NCBI RefSeq assembly: GCF_902713615.1
Contig: NC_052153.1
Span: forward strand, 139,293,879 to 139,357,878
Reading direction: 5' to 3'
From: Scyliorhinus canicula
Taxonomy: Eukaryota
DNA: 64,000 nt
Below the pieces are notes generated by a model. The model saw only the letters and a program-made list of their open reading frames with translations, did no database searches and was not told where the DNA came from. Shown piece after piece: positions 38,880 to 50,137 of the stretch; position 1 is the first letter of the stretch; each line of letters begins with the position of its first letter. The translations under genes were made by a program, and so were the position numbers.

Positions 38880-40000
38880 TATTTTTTAAATCGTATCACC
38901 ACATTTACAGCATCCAACTCCATATCCACTTCATCACCGAAACTGCCTACTTAGACCTCCATAACGATACTCATCTCCAGGCCTGCTTCAGCTCGCCTAC
39001 TGCTGAAACCTTAATTCATGACTTTGCTAACTTCACACTGGAATATTCCAATGCTCTTATAGCCATCCTTCCATCTTACACTCTGTAAAATTGATCTCAC
39101 TGAAAGCTTTGTTTTCTCCATCTTAACTCACACCAAGTCATGTTCACTCATCACACTTGTGGGGCTGGATTCTCCCCTACCCGGCGGGGCAGGGGTCCCG
39201 GCGGGATGGAGTGGCGTGAACCATTCCGGCGTCGGGCCGCCCCATAGGTGCGAATTTCTCCGCACCTTTAGGGGCCAAGCCCTAACCTTGAGGGGCTAGG
39301 CCTGCACCGGAGTGGTTGGCGCCCCGCCGGTCAGCGGGAAAGGCCTTTGGTGCCATGCCAGCTGCGGCCGAAGGGACTTCGCCGGCCGGCAGAAGTCTGC
39401 GCATGCGCCGGAGCATCAGCGGCTGCTGATGTCATCCCCGCGCATGCGCAGGGGTCACTTCCACGTCGGCCATCGTGAAGGCTATGGCCAACGCGGAAGG
39501 AAAAGAATGCCCCCACGGCAAAGGCCCGCCCACCGATCGTTGGGCCCCGATCGCGGGCCAGGCCACCGTGGGGGCACACCTCATGGCCAGATCACCCCAC
39601 GGCCCCTCCCAGCTCCCTGGAGCCCGCCCGTGCCGCCAGTCCCGCCTGTAAGGGAGGTGTTTTGATTCACGCCGGCGGGACCGGCATTACAGCAGCGGGA
39701 CTTAGGCCCATTGCGGGCCGGAGAATCGCCAGGGGTGGGCCCGCCGACAGGCGCGGCGTGATTCCCGCCCCTGCCGGATCTCTGGTGCCGGAGACTTCGG
39801 GAGACGGCGGGGGCGGGATTCATGCTGCCCCCTGGCGATTCTCCGACCCGGCGGGGGGTCGGAGAATCCAGCCCGTGGTCACTACCCTACTCTGCCGCCC
39901 GGATTAACAACACCACAATTTTAATGTTCTCATCCTCTACTATCTCTGTAGCATCCTCAGCCCTATAACTCTCCTGTATCCATGCACTCCTTCAATTCTA
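38880..40000 (+). mobile_element. L2 LINE fragment split by a MITE
   Basis: FSSPTAETLIHDFANFTLEYSNAL. Confidence 0.75.
39162..39874. mobile_element. GC-rich Harbinger-type MITE
   Basis: Perfect TIR GGGCTGGATTCTCC, TSD GTG. Confidence 0.95.
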
Positions 40001-40214
40001 ACCATAGATTCATTGAGTCACAGAATGTTTACAACACAAAAGGAGGTTATTTGGCCCATTGGGTTCACCTGTACACCTGACCGAGATCTGTAGTCCCTAC
40101 TCTGACCCATTATATATCACCCTCCAATCTGGAAAATAATGGTGCATCACTACTCTCTATTTCCTGCCAATGTCAACGTTGTATCTATGTTACCACTAGC
40201 CTTTTTATTTTATT

Positions 40215-40345
40215 TTTTTATTTTTACTTTTTTTATTCATTAATGGGATGTGGGCGTTGCAAGCTGTGCCAACATTTATTGTCCATCCCTAATTGCCCTT
40301 GAGGGCAGTTAAGAATCAACCACATTGCTGTGGGTCTGGAGTCAC
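40215..40345 (-). mobile_element. 3' part of SINE family C
   Basis: Reverse of 60175-60270. Confidence 0.75.
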
Positions 40346-40498
40346 CTGGAAGGTTGATAGTAGTTTTAAAAACCCTGCATATTCATACTGAACCATCCTT
40401 CTGTAAGAATGGGACGATTGGCGTTGCCCAATCATCGTGGTAATAGGCTCAGTGACTCCTTTCTTCAGTAGCCTCTCGAGTTCTTCTTCCACTTTAGG

Positions 40499-40848
40499 TC
40501 ATAGAATCATAGATCCCTACAGTCCAGAAGGAGGCCATTCAACCCATCGAGTCTGCACCAGCTCTTGGAAAGAGCACTCTACCTAAGCTTAAGCCCACGC
40601 CTCCACCGCATCCTGGTAACCCAGTAAGCCCACCTAACCTTTTTGGACAATAAGGGGAAATTCAGCATGGCCAATTCACCTAACCTGCACATCTTTGAGT
40701 TTGTGGGAGGAAACTGGAGCCCCGAAGGAAACCCACGCAGACACAGGGAGAAAGTGCAAACTCCACAGACAGTCACCCGAGGCCGGAATTGAACCTAGGT
40801 CCCTGGAGCTGTGAGGCAGCAGTGCTAACCACTGTGCCACCATGCCGC
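40499..40848 (-). mobile_element. HE1-type V-SINE
   Basis: Full-length. Confidence 0.9.
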
Positions 40849-41197
40849 CAAATAACATAGGCACGCTATCTGCCGTTATCTTAAGTTTCACATCAATCCC
40901 AGTCATGGATCCAAGAGACTCTTTGCATGCTTACCTTGCATTACCTTTGCAGCTTTCTCAGAAGTGGTTGATGATTGTTTGTAGAATTAACAAATTGGTT
41001 CGTAGCATCCCAGTTTAGCTGAATCTTCGTTAACCAAGATCCACCAAACATTGCTGGAAAGTTCGCTTGAACAATGTGAAGAGGGACCTCAACTTTCTAC
41101 TTGTTAATTCCCACAGTCACCTTGATCAAGCCCTTCGTCGGCACGACTCCCTTGGTATAATTTCTGAAGAAAACATCAGGGTAGCTCGGTAGCACAA

Positions 41198-41510
41198 GGG
41201 CGGAATGGTAGCACAGTGGTTATCACTGTTGCTTCACAGCGCCAGGGTCCCAGGTTCAATTCCCGGCTTGGTTCACTGTTTGTGCGGAGTCGGTTCATTT
41301 TACCTGTGTCTGCATGGGTTTCCTCCGGATGCTCCGTTTCTTCCCACAAGTCCCAAAAAACATGCTTTTAGGTAAATTGGATATTCTGAATTCTCCCTCA
41401 GTGAACCGGAACCGGTACAGGTGCCGTAATGTGGCGATTAGGGGAATTGCATAGTAACTTTATTGCAGTGTTAATATAAGCCTACTTGTGACAATATAAA
41501 GATTATAATA
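41198..41510 (+). mobile_element. V-SINE head + tail 2
   Basis: Head, V core, AAGCCTACTTGTGACAATATAAAGATTAT. Confidence 0.88.
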
Positions 41511-41880
41511 GTTGTATTGGCAGATAATCAATTTCTGAAGGCATATTAATTCAGTTATAAGTGATACTGCAGCACCCATATCCATCTCGATAATATTCCC
41601 ATTTAATTTTTGATAGACCCAAAATCGTTGCCTGTCTCCTTGTACTGCTAAAACGTCAAGCTTACATTCCTGAAGCTGACTTGACACTTGGATACTCAGT
41701 GAGTCTTCAGTTGGATCACTTAATTGGTAAACTCGCCCTGTAGACTTTGCAGTATATTTCGTGGTACACGTCTTTTGTGCTGATGCAGGTTGGTGTGACC
41801 AACATGCCTTTGCAATGTGACCAACTTTACCACAATTTTTGTATTTCTTCTTGCTCTAACAATCTCTACCCCTCTAACAA

Positions 41881-42250
41881 GGGGCAGCACGGTAGCATTG
41901 TGGTTAGCACAATCGCTTCACAGCTCCAGGGTCCCAGGTTCGATTCCGGCTTGGGTCACTGTCTGTGCGGAGTCTGCACATCCTCCCCGTGTGTGCGTGG
42001 GTTTCCTCCGGGTGCTCCGGTTTCCTCCCACAGTCCAAAAATGTGCAGGTTAGGTGGATTGGCCATGATAAATTGCCCTTAGTGTCAAAAATTTCCCTTA
42101 GTGTCAAAAAAATTGCCCTTAGTGTTGGATGGGGTTACTGGATTATGGGGATAGGGTGGAGGTGTTAACCTTGGGTAGGGTGCTCTGTCCAGGAGCCGGT
42201 GCAGACTCGATGGGCCGAATGGCCTCCTTCTGCACTGTAAATTCTATGTA
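41881..42250 (+). mobile_element. HE1-type V-SINE, young
   Basis: Full-length; internal AAATTGCCCTTAGTGT present three times. Confidence 0.93.
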
Positions 42251-42877
42251 AAAAAATCTCCAACCATATGTCCCACTCGATCAGAACAATGATGTGGTAG
42301 GTTCTTAGTGAACCTGCTTTTCACAGGCGCTATCTTAGGGACTTTAGCTCAAACTCCAATCAGCGAAACATCTCTTGCAGCAAGTTCCATGTACATCGCG
42401 ATTTCTATAGCAGACTGTAGGGTTAATGCACCTTCAGTCAACAATTTCCTTTGGATGGGTTCATTCCTGAGGCCACAAATTATTAAGTCGGGAACTGTAC
42501 CATCCAAAGTCTGGCCAAATCCATAGTACTTTGCTAGCTTTTGCAGTGATGCAACAAATTATGAAAAGTTTTCCCCTCCCTCCTGTGCACAATTGTGAAA
42601 GCGGAACCTTTCAGCTATTAGTAATGGACAGGGAGAGAAATGTTCTTGCAAGACAGTCATTATCTCATCATATGACTTGTTTCCAGGTTTAGCTGGGTGT
42701 ACTGAATTCTGTAGCAACATGAATGTTTTCCTCCCAACTGAGCTGAGAATGGTCACAGTATGCAGGTCTACTGGCATCTGAATGGCTTTAAGGAACAACT
42801 GGAACCTTCCTTCATACGAGTTCTATGTCTCCTTTTCATCAAAATTCCCTCAATGTGCCTTAATTCTGCCACTTTTT

Positions 42878-43135
42878 AAAATAATCTTTATTGTCACAGA
42901 TAGGCTTACATTAACACTGCAATGAAGTTACTGTGAAAGTCGCCACACTCAAGCTCCTGTTCGGATACACAGATGGATAATTCAGAATGTCCAATTTACC
43001 TAACAGCATGTCTTTCGGGACTTGTGAGAGGAAACTGGAGCACCCGGAGGAAACCCACGCAGACACAGTGAGAACGTGCAGACTCCACACAGACAGTGAC
43101 CCAAGCTGGGAATCGAACCTGGGACCCTGACCCTC
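42878..43135 (-). mobile_element. V-SINE head + tail 2
   Basis: Matches 34288-34575. Confidence 0.88.
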
Positions 43136-44349
43136 GAACCTAGACCGCGCTGCCAGTGCATTTTCGGATTGAGCTCCCTGATCTGTGCCACTCAGTCTTC
43201 AGCTCATCTTCCCTATCTTTATTTTCTCTCTATTTAAAGCAGACAAACTCGCAGTGCACAAACAGACTAGCTGTTTCTGCGCCCCACTATCGATTCTCGG
43301 GCAGTAGGTTACGGAACTGGCAGCCCTGTAGGTTTGTATTCTTGCAGCGCGTTTCAGTGCCTCATACACAATCTCCGCAGCTCGAACCACTACAGCGATA
43401 AGTATACTGAAAACTTTGCTCCTTTATTGAAGCCTCCAGTAATTCGCAGTTGCCCGATAGCTTTTTTATTGAAAACCCTTTTACTTGCATCGAGCAGCTG
43501 TCGCGATTGAACAGCTGATTTGCCAAGCCTACTACAAACTGTACCGTGTCCGAATGTTTATCTGAGAGTTGTTTTTACTGCACATTGATGATTTCACCTT
43601 GGAAGTCAACGCTATTTCTCCCATGGTGTATGGGCCTAGATCTTCATCGATGATTCCTTCTTCTGGCTCACAAAACCGTTGTCAAAAGTTGTTCTTCTCC
43701 TGTTCTTCTTTTACGGCCCAGATCTCATCGCCAGTTTCGCTGTTATGTTCTTTGTTGCAGCCACAAAGAGGAAGGATCTGAGGTGGCACATGTTGAGCTT
43801 GTATAACATGGTGCAAGGCGTTTATTTACAAGGTGCTGGTCAAACAGGGTACAATGGTGAATGCCACAAAAGCCCGTGAAATGCTCTGATAATGACATTA
43901 TATAAGATGTGACATTACACCAGCCAATGGTGTATACTGATACAGAAGAAAAGCATACTGATCAAGAAATATTTCCTGAACACATTTTTAAAATTCCTTT
44001 CCTTTTTCTTCCTTTTATTACTGAGCCAGGCTATTTTAGGATAATTGGTGCCCTCCATTATAACTACTCCATAGTTTTGCACCTCTCTGAAATTTCATGC
44101 AATTCACCGGTCCGGTCCCAATGATGAGTTCTGGATCTCACCCAAAAATGTCGAGAAGATCATTAACCCTCATTTTCATTCATTTCCATCTCATTAGTGA
44201 GATTGAAGTGGAATGCAGCAGCCTCCTGGAAATTACCTGACTTGCCAGTGAGAAATGTGCGGCTTCTAAGGGGAAATGAGGCGAGTAGCCATTTCCATTT
44301 TCCGGCTTTTAGCTCAAGGGCACCGGAGCAGGTGGTTTGAAAATGGCCA

Positions 44350-44690
44350 ATACAGATGCCAGGGTGCCCAGAACAAAGCCACAAAAAAAGGAACCCACAA
44401 AAAAATGCCAAAAACAGGATTTTGGGGGGTGGGAGAAGAAGGGGGGGGGGGGGGGGTATAGGCCAAACGACAAAAGGGGGTGAAAGGAAGGGGAGGGCAC
44501 TGCTCACATGTAAATAGCATATAACCGCCCACTGTACAGTAAGGAAAGGAGCCTGAAGCAACAAGTGGAAGGGGTGGGCAGAGGAGGTACTGGGACAGAT
44601 TTATATTGTACATTATAACTGATGCATTTATCCTGACCAAATGTACAATGTATAAAATGTAAAAACTGCAATAAAAACATTTTGAAAAAT
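44350..44690 (+). mobile_element. L1-like 3' UTR fragment
   Basis: G-rich tract then TGTAAAAACTGCAATAAAAACATTTTGAAAAA; absent from the right arm. Confidence 0.5.
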
Positions 44691-45005
44691 ATGTGGAGGT
44701 CCAGAACAGGGACAAGCTGCAGCCTGTCTGTCCTACCAACTAATTTCAGGACAGATCCTTGCTGTTCCTACAATGCTGAAATTCAATTTCACTCCCTTTG
44801 ACTGTGACCAGCCTCTAGCTCCACAACTGCAGGCTATTGCAAGTGAGGAATTGGCCTTGTTAGTTGTGAGAGCACTTCACAGCTGCAGCCTGTGTTTGCT
44901 GCTTGCTCCTGCTGGTGGCTGCACATGCCTGGAAACTGCTGTTGCTGTTTCCTTCCTTTTCTGCAGCTGGAAAGAAGGACAATTTTATCTAAATTTTACC
45001 TGGGT

Positions 45006-45367
45006 CCTGGAACACTGGGCTCAGGGGGACGTATATCTCCAGAAGGCAATCTGGTTTGAAGCAAGAAGACGCTGTGGAACCTGATGAGCAACATTGATCC
45101 AAATGGCCGACCTGATGACGCTGTTGAAGAAATGCTTTCACAAATTGCTGATGCTTTTGTTGCTGGAGTGGAGAGTGCTGCATGTAACTCGCACGTCACC
45201 GTGGATTAAATACACTGGAAGTCAAGGATGGTCAACTGCATCTTGAACGGCAGTGGAATATATGGATACCAGAATTTGGTTCTGGTGAGATTGAGCCGTC
45301 TGGGAGGGCCTTCACAGCTGTGGTTCCTGGATGGAGAATGGCACTGATACATGGAACAAGTAACATG
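45006..45367 (+). pseudogene. TAF12: Intronless TAF12 (TFIID subunit 12) pseudogene fragment
   Basis: PGTLGSGGRISPEGNLV*SKKTLWNLMSNIDPNGRPDDAVEEMLSQIADAFVAGVESAAC/LARHRGLNTLEVKDGQLHLERQWNIWIPEFGSGEI..RMALI aligns with vertebrate TAF12 PGTPGAGGRLSPENNQVL..LEVKDVQLHLERQWNMWIPGFGSEEI..RMALI; stop 45057-59, frameshift ~45185. Confidence 0.93.
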
Positions 45368-46169
45368 TTGATGGACAGATCATTTCTACAACAAAGGTCT
45401 GGACATGATACCACATTCTCAGGTTTATCTTCCATTTCTGTTGAGGAACCTGCGAGGGGTGATACCGTGTGTTTGATGTCTTTTGTGAAAATGAGCTGAT
45501 ATAACTTTGTATTGGTACTAAAATGGAATGGTGACATTTCCCTGTTGTTTAATGGTTAGTGTGATGTGTGGAATGTTATGTAGTTGATTTTCAGATCTGT
45601 TGACCGTGTATCAAACAAAATATTCTCAACTCACAAGTTGAGGGTACATGTGTCATGCCTCAGAAGATGATTAGCACATAGAATTTCAAGGAAACTTTAA
45701 AGCCTGAACATTGTGCCTGAAATTTAGGAGCATCAGCACCACAGAGACAGCTGCCAAAAATCAGATACTGGGGACCCTCTTGTGACCAAAGGTAAGTGTG
45801 TGGATTAGGGGAGGGCACCAGCAGAAGTCTGGGATCTGGGGTCTAGGGACACAACGGGCTCACTGGATGGCACTCAGAGAAGGCAGGACAGTCATGGTAA
45901 GGGTTGGGGGTGTGGGGTGCGGGGGACGGTGACCTTGTGGGATTTGTGGGTCCTGGGATGGAAGGCCGAATGGATCATTGGTCTCTCGCTTTCGCCATTT
46001 CCTTCCAGATTAAAGAATGTTTGCTGGTGTGGATCGCGCAAAGGCTGCCTTCACGTTGCTTGTGGCAGCCGAGGTAGGCAGATGGCGGAGAAGTCGGCAG
46101 CGGCGATGATACAGACTGGAGGTGGCACCAATGTGCAGGGAACCGCCGCTCACCCTGAAGACCCGGCCG

Positions 46170-46708
46170 CCCCCGTGCACGCAGAATAGCATGCCCGACA
46201 TTTATTACCCGTGGCGATGGTGCAGAATCCTGATCCCTGGGCATCTTGATGGGCTTGGTCCAGGCCACATTTGATGTGGTCTGTTGCCCAGGCATACAGG
46301 GCATCCGTGACCTCATGGATGCACTTGTGGGCTTTGGCTTGCAATATACTGCACAAATCCCTGCTCGTGCCCTGGAATCATTTGGTGGCATATAAGTTCA
46401 GGGCTGTGATGACCTTCACAACCACTGGGAGTAGGTGCCCTCCTCTTCCACGGGGTGTTGAGATGTAATCTCCTGAGGCACATGGCTGTCCATCATCTCC
46501 TCGAACAACCAACGATACTTGTACACCTTGGGCCATCGCCGGCGTCCCCCTCCGGATCCCTCCTCTGCCTGATGGGTGGCCAGGTCTGCAGGGTGTACAG
46601 CAGCCTCCTGCGTCAACACTTCTGGCACCTTTTCTGGCGTCTGGCCACCTAGGCTGCCACCAGCGCAATGAGGGCTGCCGCTGCCAGGTCGAGAACACCA
46701 TCCATCAT
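46170..46708 (-). pseudogene. Harbinger (HARBI1-like) transposase N-terminal remnant
   Basis: WPKVYKYRWLFEEM, GGHLLPVVVKVITALNLYAT, AHKCIHEVTDALYA..DQAHQDA, VINVGHAILRA (decayed IDCTH motif). Confidence 0.85.
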
Positions 46709-47343
46709 GCTATCTATAAGGAATTGGAGAAGGGCTTCCATCCCAGGACAGATGAATCCCCCAAGTCTCCCCCACCCGTATGTGTACCACCTCCTCGAAG
46801 GGTGCCATCCACCGTGCCTGTTTTGCTGGAGACTCCTGCTCTGCACGGTCACACTCGGCCACAGCAGAAGCCCCTAGACACTAGACCACTGCCTAGAACA
46901 TTAGGGGGACTGAGCGCACGTATCCTGCTTGATCCACACACTCCCCCTCTGATCGCTGGATATCCTCAGTGCTGAAGCCAAGATCTTGGGTGTTTGATTG
47001 TTGTCTGCTGCCTCTGTGGTGCTGACGCCCTCAGGGTTAAGGTAAAGTTTCCAGGCATCGCAGGTTGATTGGAATGCTAGGCAATAACACTTGTCTGTGA
47101 CATGACACATGTACCCACAGGAATGCACTTGAGAATATCTTCTTTATTAACGGTCAACAATACCTTTATATAAAAAATATAAAAACAAACTACTTAACAG
47201 TCCACATATACATTAACCGACAAAGAAAGACAATGTGCCATTCTAAAGGCACCTTTTCACTACAGAATATCGGTACAAATACAAAGCCACAACAGTGGAT
47301 TTATACAAAGAAAACCAAATAGACATTAAACATTAAACAGTCA

Positions 47344-47551
47344 GGGGCAGCACGGTGGCGCAGTGGTTAGCACAACTGCCTCACGGCGCCGAGGTCTCAG
47401 GTTTGATCCCGGCTCTGGGTCACTGTCCGTGTGGAGTTTGCACATTCTCCCCGTGTCTGTGTGGGTTTCACCCCCACAACCCAAAGATGTGCAGGCTAGG
47501 TGGATTGGCGACACTAAATTACCCCTCAATTGGAAAACATGAATTGGGTAT
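47344..47551 (+). mobile_element. V-SINE variant (short tail) with 11-bp TSD
   Basis: TSD TTAAACAGTCA at 47333-43 and 47552-62. Confidence 0.9.
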
Positions 47552-47562
47552 TTAAACAGTCA

Positions 47563-48500
47563 ACAATACAAGGAAGTTACCAACATCCAAAGAAACCTGC
47601 CGCTCTCTCTGCCCCTCCCGCAGCTCACGGCAACGAACTCACATCAGTGGAAGGTTGCTTGGGGGTAGCGCGACAATACATCGGAAAGTCTGGACTCCAG
47701 GCCATAGAAGCATAAGGGGTTGCAGCAAATAAGCATACAGCCTCCAGGCATTAAACAGTAAACAGTAATAGTACAATAGCAAGCACACAGCTTCCTAACA
47801 TCAAGCATAAACAAGCAACAGAATGAAATGGCACCAGCAATCTGCACAGCTTCCAAACCTGAAACAATCACCAGCATAATAAAGCCACCAGCAATTTTCA
47901 AAGGTGTTTCTTCATGACCTTCAAGTTGTTCAGTTGAAGCAAGCTGCCAGCCTTCTCATCCTGTAGGATAGGCATCTGGTCACCAGCTCCACCCAGTCCT
48001 TGTTCCAGGCCATAGAAGTTAAGGAGGCGCTAGCAAGCAAACACAGAATTCCAAACATGAAACATTGCACAGTCAACAGTACAACACAAGCACCAGCAAA
48101 CTGCGAGAACAGTTCTTCATACCTCCAGCAAGTTACTCAGTGGAAGCAGCCACCACCCTTCCCCTTTGTCAGCACTGGCAGTGGTTGCACCTTACTCTCT
48201 CCGCTTCCTCACTCCAGGCAAAAGAAGCAAATGGAGGCAGCAGCAAGCAGACACACAGTTTCCAATTGTCAGCAACAGCAGTGAGTCATTCCCTCTTCTC
48301 TCTCCCCCTCTGGCAGCTATCAGCAGCAGACTCGCAAGGCAGGAACAGTCATTACCCGAAAGCCACTAACACAGAGCAGAGCAGAAGAGTGAGGTAGCAC
48401 CACTTCCTCTTCTTCAGATCAACAATAGGCCAGCCAATCTGTCCCTTGCCTGACTCCAGGGCACAGAAGCAGAAGAGACAGTAGCAAAAAACAAAATGGG
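47563..48500 (-). repeat. Four-unit degenerate repeat with variable segments
   Basis: TCCAGG(C/G)..AGAAG at 47696, 48004, 48213, 48455, each followed on plus by a CAGCAA/ACAG-rich stretch. Confidence 0.65.
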
Positions 48501-50137
48501 CCAGCATGCCCTCTGCAGCCAAAGCAGAAGCAGCCAGCACGCACACCCTACATGGCCACTTGAGAGCAGTGAAGTGCTCACATAACAAACAATGCAAATT
48601 CCTTATTAGCAAAAGCTTTCAGGTGTGCAGCTAGTGGCTGCTCACAGCCAAAGGGAGTTAAAGTGACTTTCAGTCTATAAGCCTGAAAGGGCTCTGTCCT
48701 GGAAGTGTTTGGTAGGACAAACAGGCAGCAGCTCTCATTCCCCTGTTATGGGTATACACAGTATTGGAGGATGGAGGTCTCGTAGATGCCAAGCCCCTCA
48801 CCCTCTCCCGACAGCCAGGGTGACCTTGTCCTATGACTCTCAGCCCCCCGACTAGGCCCATTCTTCCTGGGGGGGTATCCCATTCCCCAACCCCCCTCCT
48901 GAGCACTGTGGCATTCCCTCCAGTGCCCCTGGGCTGCAAGGCAGGGAATGGAAATGGCTACTCATCTTCTCAGCAGCCATTGCACCAGCTTCCTGTCCTT
49001 AAAAAGGAATGCTAAATAGTACCTGCATGACCTCTTTCTGGGGAGCAGGTTTGTTTCTGGGAGGCCATTAGATCAGGCTTACATCCCGCTAATGAAATGG
49101 AGATTGGTTTTAATTGGTGTCAATTGGTGTCTCGCCACTCTAGAGCCCATCACCGGGAGCAGGCCAGTTAGATCACAAACTGATTTCCTCCCGGCATGGA
49201 TCTTGATTTTGTCTCTCCTGCTATTTAACTGTCGCGAATTCAACACGGCCATTAAATCGCACGCTTAATATTAAATCTTCATAGAAATGGTGTGGTTAAG
49301 TATATGATCATTATACAGTTCAAAAATATTTTTTGTAAGAGATGCCTACTTTTGAACCGTGTGCTCTTGAGACTCCCTTACATGTTAAAAAGATTTGTGA
49401 AAGACAAGCAAATAAATTCATCCTCTGTAAGGCAGTTAAGACACAGCATTTGTGAACAATAGTGGACTTCCCCAAGAGATACATAGGGGCATTTTTAAAA
49501 TTGGAACATCCTCTTTAGGCCAATGAGCACTTAAAACAAATGTTTATTTGGGGAAATAGCTAGTTATATAGCAGGCTTGATAAATATAAATAATGCTAAC
49601 TTATTTTTGATGAGATGGGATTACCGTGCTGAAATATGTATAAGTGAGTTTGGCCTTTTTCTGACATTGGTAAATGACACGCCTGATTCACCAGGAATTC
49701 CATTGCATTTTTGCTCATGAACTTTGTAAAGGTAACCATACTTACATTGGTATTTTTAGTCAGTGTATATCTGCTGAGTTACTAAATGAAAGGACATTTT
49801 ATGTGAAGGCTTTGGCCTGTTCTGCAACAATTATAGCCTAAGTCAAATGTATATAAAATACCATGATCATACTTGGGCACTTAAAGTCAGTTTGGATACC
49901 TGAACATATAATTCAGGATAAATTTTACATTTTTATTGATGACTAAATAGTTTTGAAGGTTTAACAGATGATTGAGAGTATACTACAAGGACATAGTACA
50001 ATTTAGGTTTAAGGTAGCATCATAATGCAAAACTCAAACAGTTTATAATCACCCAGGCCTCAAGTGAAAGTGCCCCAAGCACATTCACAGTCATATTTGT
50101 TTTTATAATATCAGATATTTGCTGTTTGATTTTGATT

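Larger units (their letters stand above)
40347..43944 (-). mobile_element. Truncated Gypsy element (5' LTR ~43741-43944, PBS, gag, protease, RT start) with four nested SINEs
   Basis: PBS TGGCGATGAG (43733-24); gag VGRKTFMLL..LQEHFSPCPLLIAERFRFH; NGNIIEMDMGAAVSLI; WATPIVPFLQKDGSV. Confidence 0.85.
44094..46172 (+). mobile_element. Harbinger element 5' half (left arm) carrying a TAF12 fragment
   Basis: Collinear inverted homology with 46170-49264 in several blocks; acceptor TTCCTTCCAG then ATG 46017 of a transposase N-terminus. Confidence 0.75.
46170..49264 (-). mobile_element. Harbinger element 5' half (right arm)
   Basis: TIR-like end TTAAATCGCACGC at 49252-64; acceptor TTCCTTATAG before ATG 46708. 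Confidence 0.75.

Noticed and set aside
41881-41955. tRNA genes
   Set aside because: All A/B-box heads continue into SINE bodies.
44761-44845. TAF12 N-terminus in ORF 44773-45084
   Set aside because: This stretch aligns with 48600-48700 of the other Harbinger arm, so it is element sequence.
44843-44966. GT..AG intron joining upstream sequence to TAF12
   Set aside because: Splicing gives an early stop and does not reach the TAF12 frame.
44692-45743. Solo LTR bounded by TGTGG..CCACA
   Set aside because: No TSD, and homology to the other arm continues past the CCACA.
47563-48500. CRISPR array
   Set aside because: Repeats are degenerate, spacing is 200-300 bp, there are no cas genes and the context is vertebrate.
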